This document shows, piece by piece, positions 1 through 7,753 of a DNA stretch of 42,449 nt (positions within the stretch are counted from its first letter, which is position 1; each line of letters begins with the position of its first letter). Both the position numbers and the translations under genes were made by a program. Source of the DNA: a virus; the IMG/VR virus record IMGVR_UViG_3300045988_091463, positions 1-42,449 of that record. The stretch is one strand, 5' to 3'. A model generated the notes under the pieces. The model was not told the origin of the DNA, did not search any database, and saw nothing but the letters and a program-made list of their open reading frames with translations.

Positions 1-55
1 AGGAGGTAATCAAAATAGCTTACGATTATGCAGAAATTCCTGAGCAGTATAGAGA
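1..55. repeat. Terminal overlap, identical to 42395-42449
   Basis: Direct comparison of both ends (AGGAGGTAATCAAAATAGC...GTATAGAGA). Confidence 0.95.
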
Positions 56-80
56 TACTGCTTTTTATTATGCACTCGAT

Positions 81-1763
81 GTGGTCGAAGGCAATGTTAA
101 AGCTTGTCAGAAAGTTATCAAAGCTTGTCAAAGACATTTGGATGATTTAAAAAACATCAGCAATTCTAATTTTGAATTTGATTATTTCCCAGAGAAAGCC
201 CAAAACACTATCGACTTTCTAGAAATCTTGCCAGATGTTAAAACAGGCAAAACTTATCCGTTGGCTAGATTTCAAAAATTCATCATCTCCAGCTTATATG
301 GCTGGCGAAAGAAAAAAGACCATTCTGTCAGACGATTTCGCAAAGCTATGGTTTCAGTTGCTCGTAAGAATGGGAAGACCATTTTAATCGCTGGTATTTT
401 GCTATATGAGTTTTTATTTGGCAAGAACCCTGCATTAAGTCGTCAGTTATTCTGTACGGCTAACGACCGCACGCAGGCAAGAATTGCTTGGACAATGGCT
501 AAGAAGCAGTTAGAAGCTCTTAGGACTAAGGATAAGGACATCTTCAAAGCAACTAAAATTGTTCGCGATGAGTTAACAAACAAGCGTGATGAATCTTATA
601 TTAGAGCATTAAGCCGCGACACTGGTGCAGTCGATGGTTTTGAACCATATGTTGGCGTGCTAGATGAGTACGCCGCAAGCAAAACCAATGAAATGATTGA
701 ACTTTTGGAATCTGGGCAAGGTCAGCTTGATAATCCATTGATTTTAATTATTTCGACAGCTGGTCTAGATTTAAATGTACCAATGTACACCATTGAATAT
801 AAGTACGCTACTAAGATTTTAGATAAGAAAACAGTCGATGATTCGTATTTTGCGTTCATTTCCGAACAAGATGACGAGAAAGAAATTGCTGACGAAAGCA
901 ATTGGATTAAGTCAAATCCTATTTTGGAAGTGCCAGCGTTGTATGAAAAAATCATGGATTATTTGCGAAAAAGGCGTAAAACTTCGCTTGAAACGGGTGA
1001 AATTAACAAAGTTTTGGTTAAAAATTTCAACATGTGGCGTCAATCTAGCGAAGCCTCTTATATGGATAAACAAACGTGGGAAGATGCACTTATTGATAAG
1101 CCAGATACGACTGGCAGACGCGTCTGGATAGGGGTAGACGTTGGACATTCAAGTGACTTGTTTTCAATCAGCACAATGACGATGATGGATGATTATTGGT
1201 TTGCTGATAGTTTTTCTTTTATCGCTACTAAGTATGGACTGATAGCGAAAGAAAAGCGAGACGGCGTTTCTTATACGAATTTAGAGCGCATGGGCGAATG
1301 TGAAATTACCACACTCGAATCTGGTGTCATTGATAATGAGCGAGTTATGGAAAAACTCGAAGAAATGGTTATTGAAAACGATTGGGAAGTTCAAGGAATT
1401 TACTTCGACCCTTATCAATATGGAGCTTTGCTAACCATGATTGAGAAACGACACCCAGAGTGGACACAAGTCCAAATCCCACAAACGACTATGGTTTTGA
1501 ATATGCCGACAAAACAGTTTAGAGATGACGTCAAAACTGGGAAAATAAAACATTCGGGCAATAAGTTACTTACAATGGCTGTTAATAATGCTTATACACG
1601 AGTTGATAACAACGGTATGCGTATTGATAAGAATAAAAACAGCAATAAAATTGACCCGCTCGATGCACTTTTAGACGCATATGCGGCTTGTTATCTCGAA
1701 GCATTTGACGGTGCTGGCTATTGGACTGATGAGAAAATCTTTGAAAGTGGAGGTCTGTTTTGA
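81..1763 (+). CDS. terL: Terminase large subunit; the true start is probably upstream of the GTG at 81 (see findings)
   Basis: 560-aa ORF between terS and portal. The N-terminal YYALDVVEGNVKAC..ACQRHLDDL pattern and the size fit Terminase_1-type TerL. Confidence 0.9.
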   Translation: MVEGNVKACQKVIKACQRHLDDLKNISNSNFEFDYFPEKAQNTIDFLEILPDVKTGKTYPLARFQKFIISSLYGWRKKKDHSVRRFRKAMVSVARKNGKTILIAGILLYEFLFGKNPALSRQLFCTANDRTQARIAWTMAKKQLEALRTKDKDIFKATKIVRDELTNKRDESYIRALSRDTGAVDGFEPYVGVLDEYAASKTNEMIELLESGQGQLDNPLILIISTAGLDLNVPMYTIEYKYATKILDKKTVDDSYFAFISEQDDEKEIADESNWIKSNPILEVPALYEKIMDYLRKRRKTSLETGEINKVLVKNFNMWRQSSEASYMDKQTWEDALIDKPDTTGRRVWIGVDVGHSSDLFSISTMTMMDDYWFADSFSFIATKYGLIAKEKRDGVSYTNLERMGECEITTLESGVIDNERVMEKLEEMVIENDWEVQGIYFDPYQYGALLTMIEKRHPEWTQVQIPQTTMVLNMPTKQFRDDVKTGKIKHSGNKLLTMAVNNAYTRVDNNGMRIDKNKNSNKIDPLDALLDAYAACYLEAFDGAGYWTDEKIFESGGLF

Positions 1764-1918
1764 AATTTCTTAAAAATAACATTCATACATTACTACTACT
1801 AACGGGCTTTGGCTTGATTGATTATTCATTTTTTAGATTGGATTTAACAGCTGGCTTTATGTGTTTGGGTTTGATGTGTACATTTTTAGGTTTATATATT
1901 GACAAAACCATGCGCTAG
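1760..1918 (+). CDS. Small membrane protein (52 aa, two hydrophobic segments)
   Basis: TTG start overlaps the terL stop. GGAGG at 1749-1753. Translation MKFLKNNIHTLLLLTGFGLIDYSFF..GFMCLGLMCTFLGLYI. Confidence 0.45.
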   Translation: MKFLKNNIHTLLLLTGFGLIDYSFFRLDLTAGFMCLGLMCTFLGLYIDKTMR

Positions 1919-1933
1919 AAAGGAGGTGAGACA

Positions 1934-3160
1934 ATGAGCTTTTTTCAGTCGTTAGGAGATTCCAAACTCTCTTATGACGATTATGTCGCTTCGGTAGTGT
2001 CTGGCAATGATAGCGCAAAGTATGTTGGTATTTCAGCTCTTAGAAACAGCGATGTGCTGACAGCGACTTCAATTATTGCTGGTGATATTGCTAGGTTCCC
2101 TTTGATTAAGAAAAATGTTAACGGTGACATCATTCAAGACGAGGACATCAATTATCTGTTGAATGTAAAATCGACTGGCAATGCTTCGGCTCGAACGTGG
2201 AAATTTGCAATGGCAGTCAATACTATTTTGACAGGTAATGCTTATTCTCGTATTTTGAGAGACCCACGGACTGGCAAAGCGTTGCAATTTCAGTTTTATA
2301 AACCATCTGAAACTCGTGTAGAAGAATTAGATAGCCATGAACTTATCTATACTTTCGTTGACAGTTTGACAGGCAAAGAGGTTGCTTGTGGAGCTGATGA
2401 TGTCATTCATTGGAAATTCTTTAGCCATGACACAATCTTAGGGCGTTCTCCGTTGCTGTCTTTGGGTGATGAAATTAGTTTGCAAAACAGCGGAACAAGT
2501 ACGCTTTTAAAATTCTTTAAAGACGGTTTTTCAAGCGGTATTTTAAAAATGGAAGGCGCTATGTTGAGTGGTGAAGCTCGCAAAAAGGCTCGTGAAGAAT
2601 TCGAGAAAATGCGAGAAGGAGCGAAAGGTGGCAGTCCACTAGTATTCGATAAGACAATGTCCTACGAGCCACTCGAAATTGATACTAATGTCTTGCAATT
2701 GATTACAAGTAACAATTTTTCAACAGCTCAAATCGCTAAAGCCTTGCGTATACCTAGTTATAAATTGGGCGTAAACAGCCCTAATCAGTCCGTAGCGCAA
2801 CTTACAGAAGATTACGTTACAAATGACTTGCCGTTCTATTTTGACGCGATAACGAGCGAATTAGGACTTAAAATCTTTAGTCCAAGAGATAGGCGGAAAT
2901 GCCGACTTGAGTTTGACACACGTAGTGTAACAGGTCGAAATGTTGATGAGATTGTTAAACTTGTCAATAATACATTGTTGACACCAAACCAAGGACTTAT
3001 CGAGCTTGGCAAACAGCCGTCTGATAATCCAGATATGGATAGGTATCAAACAAGCCTTAATTACGTTTTCTTGGACAAGAAAGAAGAATATCAATCATTG
3101 AAAGGAGGTGAGACTAATGCCGAAACGAATTCAGATGAGGGGCCCGCTGATTCCGAATAA
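1934..3160 (+). CDS. Portal protein (HK97-family type)
   Basis: 408 aa, directly after terL. AGGAGGTG RBS. Position and size are typical of a portal. Confidence 0.88.
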   Translation: MSFFQSLGDSKLSYDDYVASVVSGNDSAKYVGISALRNSDVLTATSIIAGDIARFPLIKKNVNGDIIQDEDINYLLNVKSTGNASARTWKFAMAVNTILTGNAYSRILRDPRTGKALQFQFYKPSETRVEELDSHELIYTFVDSLTGKEVACGADDVIHWKFFSHDTILGRSPLLSLGDEISLQNSGTSTLLKFFKDGFSSGILKMEGAMLSGEARKKAREEFEKMREGAKGGSPLVFDKTMSYEPLEIDTNVLQLITSNNFSTAQIAKALRIPSYKLGVNSPNQSVAQLTEDYVTNDLPFYFDAITSELGLKIFSPRDRRKCRLEFDTRSVTGRNVDEIVKLVNNTLLTPNQGLIELGKQPSDNPDMDRYQTSLNYVFLDKKEEYQSLKGGETNAETNSDEGPADSE

Positions 3161-3794
3161 TAGCCAAGAAGTTTACGACTATTATGGAATGGAAGCGATC
3201 AGCGCTAAATCGATTGCTGAAGCTCTTCCAGAAGATGGTTCAGACGTAGTAATTGAAGTCAATTCAAACGGAGGTTTGGTGACAGTAGGCAGTGATATTT
3301 ACACAACGCTGAAAAACTATTCTGGGCACGTCACAGTTGAAGTAACTGGAATGGCTGCAAGTGCTTGTAGCGTCGCAATTATGGGCGCTGACAAAGTCGT
3401 TATCAGTCCAACAGCTCAAATCATGATTCACAAAGCGCTATTGACTTCTGTAGCTGGTAATAGTGACGACCTTGAATCAGCAGCAAACGCTTTGAAAGCT
3501 AGCGATAAAGGCATTATTAATGCTTACAAGGCTAAAACTGGTTTAAGCGAAGATGAATTGCTTGAACTCATGAAAAATGAAACGTATATGAGTGCTGACG
3601 AAGCTGTTGAAAAAGGTTTTGCTGACGAAGTAATGACTTTTGACGAACAGCAGGCAGTTGCAAGTATTGGCAATGGACTGTTACCACAAGCGGTTATTGA
3701 CGACTATTTTGCAAATCATGGCAACAAGCGAAAACAGGAAATTGAAGCTATGAAACGTGAAATCGAAAAAGAAGAAATTTTACAAGGACTTTAA
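3117..3794 (+). CDS. Prohead maturation protease, ClpP-like (S14)
   Basis: The pattern INSNGG..GMAASA..IHKA fits Clp-protease-like prohead proteases. The ATG at 3117 follows AAAGGAGGTG; the track start at 3108 lacks an RBS. Confidence 0.85.
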   Translation: MPKRIQMRGPLIPNNSQEVYDYYGMEAISAKSIAEALPEDGSDVVIEVNSNGGLVTVGSDIYTTLKNYSGHVTVEVTGMAASACSVAIMGADKVVISPTAQIMIHKALLTSVAGNSDDLESAANALKASDKGIINAYKAKTGLSEDELLELMKNETYMSADEAVEKGFADEVMTFDEQQAVASIGNGLLPQAVIDDYFANHGNKRKQEIEAMKREIEKEEILQGL

Positions 3795-3809
3795 GTCCTT
3801 TTTATTTTG
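3785..3809 (+). terminator. Hairpin plus T-tract between the protease and capsid genes
   Basis: AGGACT-TTA-AGTCCT followed by TTTTTATTTT. The protease stop codon sits in the loop. Confidence 0.4.
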
Positions 3810-3831
3810 CACAAAAAAGGAGAAAAACTAT

Positions 3832-5019
3832 ATGTTTGATGAAAAAATCAAAGAATTAAAAGCATCTATCAACTCGCTTTCAACTACTATCGCTGATAAA
3901 ACAGCGCAGGTTAAAAACGCTCTTGAAGCTGATGACCTTGAAAAAGCTCGTACAATCAAAAACGAAATTGACACTGCTAAAGAAGAATTAAAAACAGCTA
4001 AAGCTGATCTTGAACTTTTTGAAGCTACTAAAAATTCAGGTGGGGCAGAAAACAAAAAAGGTCACGAAGTAAAAGGAGAAGATATGAATTATCGTGATAA
4101 AGTTAACGCATTTTTGCATTCAAAAGGCGCTGTTGTAAATGAAGGACTTCGCTTCGACGGTAAAGATGAAGTGCTTATCGCAATGAACGAAGTTACACCA
4201 GTAGCACCAACAACTGACGGTGTTAAGAAAGCAGATACGACTAAAATTACTAGCGAAGAGCTTGTTACGACTCCAATCCGTGAAATTAAGACTACTGTTG
4301 ATTTGAAACCATTCACAACAATTTATCCAGCTAAAAAAGCTTCTGGTAAATATCCAATTTTGAAAAAAGCGACATCAAAAATGGTTAGCGTTGCTGAATT
4401 GGAGAAAAACCCAAAACTCGCTAAACCAGAATTCGAACAAGTTGATTGGTCTGTTGAAACATATCGTGGAGCTATTCCAGTTTCACAAGAATCTGTTGAC
4501 GATGCAGATGTTGATTTGATTAGCATTGTTGCTGAAACAGTCGGTCAAATTAAAGTCAACACAACTAATGCAGCTATTGCCGACGTACTTAAATCATTTA
4601 CAGCAAAAACAGTAGCAAACGTTGATGACATTAAGAAAATTCTCAATATCGACCTTGACCCTGCTTATGACGTGGCATTCGTGGTTTCACAAAGCTTCTA
4701 CCAAATTCTTGACACTCTTAAAGACGGGAACGGACGTTATCTATTACAAGACTCAATCACAGCAGTAACTGGCAAAGTTTTGCTTGGTAAACCAGTATTC
4801 GTTCTCTCTGATGAAGTTCTTGGCGCGTCCGGAGAAGCGAAAGCGTTTGTTGGTGATTTTAAACGTGGTGTCTTGTTCGCAGACCGCAAAGATCTTGGAC
4901 TTCGTTGGGCAGATAACGAAATCTACGGTCAATACTTGCAAGCTGTTCTTCGTTTTGGCGTTAAGAAAGTTGATGCGAAAGCTGGCTACTTCGTAACATT
5001 TACACCCAGCGAAGGCTGA
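3832..5019 (+). CDS. Major capsid protein (HK97 fold type) with an N-terminal coiled-coil scaffold-like region
   Basis: The ATG at 3832 follows AAGGAGAAAAA. Its position after the protease and its size fit a capsid gene. The upstream part of track ORF 3757 overlaps the protease and has no RBS. Confidence 0.88.
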   Translation: MFDEKIKELKASINSLSTTIADKTAQVKNALEADDLEKARTIKNEIDTAKEELKTAKADLELFEATKNSGGAENKKGHEVKGEDMNYRDKVNAFLHSKGAVVNEGLRFDGKDEVLIAMNEVTPVAPTTDGVKKADTTKITSEELVTTPIREIKTTVDLKPFTTIYPAKKASGKYPILKKATSKMVSVAELEKNPKLAKPEFEQVDWSVETYRGAIPVSQESVDDADVDLISIVAETVGQIKVNTTNAAIADVLKSFTAKTVANVDDIKKILNIDLDPAYDVAFVVSQSFYQILDTLKDGNGRYLLQDSITAVTGKVLLGKPVFVLSDEVLGASGEAKAFVGDFKRGVLFADRKDLGLRWADNEIYGQYLQAVLRFGVKKVDAKAGYFVTFTPSEG

Positions 5020-5149
5020 TGCGGAAATCGTAAGCGTTCCGACTGAGGCGAACACAATTACAGAGATTAAAGCTTACTTAGATACTAAAGGTATTAGCTA
5101 TACAAGTAGTATGACTAAAGCTGAATTATTGAACTTAGTAAATTCTTAA
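5006..5149 (+). CDS. HeH/SAP-like motif ORF in the +1 frame relative to the capsid, with no canonical start codon
   Basis: Frame open over 4997-5149, encoding ..AEIVSVPTEANTITEIKAYLDTKGISYTSSMTKAELLNLVNS. The only ATG/GTG/TTG lies near the 3' end. Confidence 0.4.
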   Translation, partial: PAKADAEIVSVPTEANTITEIKAYLDTKGISYTSSMTKAELLNLVNS

Positions 5150-5161
5150 GGAGGTAGCTAA

Positions 5162-5473
5162 ATGGCAGTCTCACAAGAATTACTGGAAGCAGTTAAGCTC
5201 TATTGCAAGATTGACTTTGACTTTGAAGATAGCATTTTGGAAGAAATGATCGAAGCTGCGCAAGAACAGATTTGCTTTGCGATTGAAGCTGGTTCAACAC
5301 CAGAAGATTTTGCGGGTTACAAAAAATTCGACCTTGCTGTTAAGAAACAAGTTAAAGAAGATTATGAGCATAGAGGCGTAACTGCCGATAGCAATCGTTA
5401 CCCGCTGGCGAATGGTGTGTTAAACATCGTTCACCAATTACGTTTGCGAGGTGATGGCAATGTTGACACGTAA
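5162..5473 (+). CDS. Head-tail connector (gp6-like DNA-packaging/connector protein)
   Basis: 103 aa with AAGGAGG RBS. N-terminus ..ELLEAVKLYCKIDFDFEDSILEEMIEAA is typical of this family. Confidence 0.75.
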   Translation: MAVSQELLEAVKLYCKIDFDFEDSILEEMIEAAQEQICFAIEAGSTPEDFAGYKKFDLAVKKQVKEDYEHRGVTADSNRYPLANGVLNIVHQLRLRGDGNVDT

Positions 5474-5813
5474 GATGAATGTGCGTATCACCATTTTTAA
5501 AAGAGAAGGCGGGCAAAACGAAGATGGTGAGGTTTTAGATAATGTCAGAACAGACATAATGAGCTGTTGGGCTGAAGTGTCTAAGACGACTGTTAAAGAT
5601 TTTCGTGAGAATACGACAGGCAAACAAGCAGATAATGCAGTGTTGACTAAAACGAGCGACACGAAAGTCTTTTTAATTCGCTATATGCCTAAACCACCTT
5701 TTGACAATTCAATGTTCGTTGATTTTAACGGGCTTGAATATAAGATTGAAAAAATGGAAGTTGATTACGCCAACAAGGAAATGATTATGATAAGCGGGGT
5801 GCGTGTCGAATGA
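5451..5813 (+). CDS. Head closure / head-tail joining protein
   Basis: About 117-120 aa, overlapping its neighbours, in the conserved position. The start is ambiguous (5451 GTG, 5454 or 5460 ATG). Confidence 0.65.
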   Translation: MMAMLTRKMNVRITIFKREGGQNEDGEVLDNVRTDIMSCWAEVSKTTVKDFRENTTGKQADNAVLTKTSDTKVFLIRYMPKPPFDNSMFVDFNGLEYKIEKMEVDYANKEMIMISGVRVE

Positions 5814-6175
5814 CATCTGGACTCGATGAAATCTTATCTAATCTTACGAAATTGCAGGTTAAAGCACCTAAAACAGCGAGAGCAGCGGTAACTGAAGTTG
5901 CTGATAAATTTGAAGAACAATTGAAAACCAACACACCAGTTGAAAGCGGTGAGTTGAGAGATGACACGGCAGTCAGTGGTTTTAAAGGAGCCAGCGAAGG
6001 TATCGTTTCGAAAGAAATTGGTTATGGTAGTGCTACTGGGTGGCGTGCGAAGTATCCTGATTCAGGAACGATTTATCAACGAGGTCAAGAATTTGAAGAA
6101 AAAACAATCAATCAAATGACCCCTGTTGCTAAGGAAATTTTTGCAGAAAAAGTGAAGGAGGGCTTAGACTTATGA
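5810..6175 (+). CDS. HK97 gp10-family tail/neck component
   Basis: 121 aa with an ATGA overlap. Motif ..NTPVESGELRDD. Confidence 0.7.
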   Translation: MTSGLDEILSNLTKLQVKAPKTARAAVTEVADKFEEQLKTNTPVESGELRDDTAVSGFKGASEGIVSKEIGYGSATGWRAKYPDSGTIYQRGQEFEEKTINQMTPVAKEIFAEKVKEGLDL

Positions 6176-6600
6176 TCGCCGAAACGACGGCTTACAGGCT
6201 ATTAAGTAACGATGTTCAATTGAATGAGCTGTTTGACAGCTATCGTGGAGGGAAGTTTGGGGGCGGTTTTAAACAAGGAATTTTCACTTATGACATTCCA
6301 GAGAAACCCACCAACATGAAGAAAAAAGAACTAGCTCCATTTCTGCGAATTAACACGATTTACGATGCGCCAAATGCATATGCTGACGATGGCTATATTG
6401 GCACGGAACAGCGTATTGTCATCAATTTTTGGTGTCAAACGGCTGCGCAATCAGAAGCAATTGTAAAACGCATCGATGCCATTCTAACCGAAGCGGGTTT
6501 TGAATGGTATACAGCTAACGAAACGCCTCGGTATAAAGATAACGATATTGGCTTACTGATGAACGTAAGAAAATATCGTTTTTTTGATTGGGGTAATTAA
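6172..6600 (+). CDS. Tail completion / tail terminator-like protein
   Basis: 142 aa, overlapping start, position just before the major tail gene. Confidence 0.55.
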   Translation: MIAETTAYRLLSNDVQLNELFDSYRGGKFGGGFKQGIFTYDIPEKPTNMKKKELAPFLRINTIYDAPNAYADDGYIGTEQRIVINFWCQTAAQSEAIVKRIDAILTEAGFEWYTANETPRYKDNDIGLLMNVRKYRFFDWGN

Positions 6601-6620
6601 AAGAAAGAAGGAATTAATAC

Positions 6621-7172
6621 ATGGGTAAAGTAAAATTTGGTCTTAGTGGTTGTGAATATGGCGTTTTGAATAATGCTGAAAAAGTTACACAAAGCAAACG
6701 ACTTCCAGGACTTACAAGCGCAAAACTTGAGCTAACAAACGAACTAAAAACACTTTCAGCTGATGACGGACCATACGTTGTCGTTTCTGGTGGTATTACA
6801 GAAGCTAAATTAACAATTGAAACATACGACTTGACATCTGATGCACGCAAAGACTTCTTTGGCATTACTGTTGAAAACGGTGTTGAAAAATATACCAAAG
6901 ACCTTACACCGAACGATATTGCAATTTTATTCCGCACTAAAATGGACGATGGCAATTATGTATGGGTTGGCCTCTTGAAAGGTAAATTCAATCTTCCTGG
7001 CTTTGAAGCATCTACTGTTGATGGTGCGCCAGACCCTAAAGCTGACTCAATTGAAGGTAGCTTCGTAGCGCGTGGTGGCGAAGATGGCACAGTTCTCTTG
7101 ATTGGTCGTGAAGATGCAGACGGCTTTGACCTAACAGCGTTCAAAAAAATGGTATTTCCAACTGCGGGATAA
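6621..7172 (+). CDS. Major tail protein (phi13/TP901-1-like)
   Basis: 183 aa, followed by a strong terminator. GAAGGA RBS. Conserved position. Confidence 0.8.
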   Translation: MGKVKFGLSGCEYGVLNNAEKVTQSKRLPGLTSAKLELTNELKTLSADDGPYVVVSGGITEAKLTIETYDLTSDARKDFFGITVENGVEKYTKDLTPNDIAILFRTKMDDGNYVWVGLLKGKFNLPGFEASTVDGAPDPKADSIEGSFVARGGEDGTVLLIGREDADGFDLTAFKKMVFPTAG

Positions 7173-7178
7173 TCAACT

Positions 7179-7205
7179 GGCCGCATTTTGCGGCCTTTTA
7201 TTTTT
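7179..7205 (+). terminator. Intrinsic terminator after the major tail gene
   Basis: GGCCGC-ATTTT-GCGGCC followed by TTTTATTTTT. Confidence 0.8.
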
Positions 7206-7220
7206 ATGTGAGGAAAAATT

Positions 7221-7550
7221 ATGTACGAAATTAAATTGAAAAAAGGTGGCGTTACCAAAGAATACGCAAAAGAATACATCAATGTTGAAGATAACCTTTT
7301 AGCTGTTGACCACAACGCACGTCAAAACGCTTTTATTTCAAATGATAAAGCTGCTTTCGATTCGAAACAAACACGAAAACTTAACGAAGCGTACCTTCAA
7401 ATGTTCGTTGATATGTATGGCAAGCAATTCACTGTTGTTGATTTAAAAACTGCAGATGTTGAGACATTGAACGTACTTGACAAGCTTTATGTTGACGCTT
7501 TGGGTCGCGGCAAAAACAACGAAGAGGAAGATGCCGAAAAAAAGGAATAA
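7221..7550 (+). CDS. Tail assembly chaperone (gpG analogue)
   Basis: 109 aa with an acidic C-terminus, located between the major tail and tape measure genes. Confidence 0.8.
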   Translation: MYEIKLKKGGVTKEYAKEYINVEDNLLAVDHNARQNAFISNDKAAFDSKQTRKLNEAYLQMFVDMYGKQFTVVDLKTADVETLNVLDKLYVDALGRGKNNEEEDAEKKE

Positions 7551-7741
7551 CACCAGAGCAAGCCAAGTCTAACTTGTTAAAAATGATTCAATCGCTTTTG
7601 AATAGCGGCTACACGATTCTTGATATTAAAAAAATGCAACTGTCAGATTTTGAATTAATGGTAGAAGCATTAGAACAAGAAACAGTAGCAGAAGAAACTG
7701 AGACAACGTTAGATAAGGCTTTTCCTTTCTTGTTCGGTTAG
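7221..7741 (+). CDS. Tail assembly chaperone GT fusion (via -1 frameshift at 7538-7544)
   Basis: The -1 frame encodes KKGITPEQAKSNLLKMIQSLLNSGYTILDIKKM...FPFLFG and ends at TAG 7739-7741, just before the tape measure RBS. Confidence 0.7.
7538..7544 (+). promoter_or_regulatory. -1 programmed frameshift slippery heptamer A_AAA_AAG
   Basis: The zero-frame reading GA[A AAA AAG] GAA TAA places the heptamer two codons before the G stop. The -1 frame stays open to 7741. Confidence 0.75.
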
Positions 7742-7753
7742 AAAGGAGGATAA

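Noticed and set aside
3757-3831. Upstream extensions of track ORFs (3757 for the capsid, 3108 for the protease, 28992 for cro, 34123 for the HNH gene, 38724, 42091, 19393, 31706, 24170, 29801)
   Set aside because: Each extension overlaps the preceding gene or lacks an SD. In every case an internal ATG/GTG/TTG with a well-spaced GGAGG-type RBS is present.
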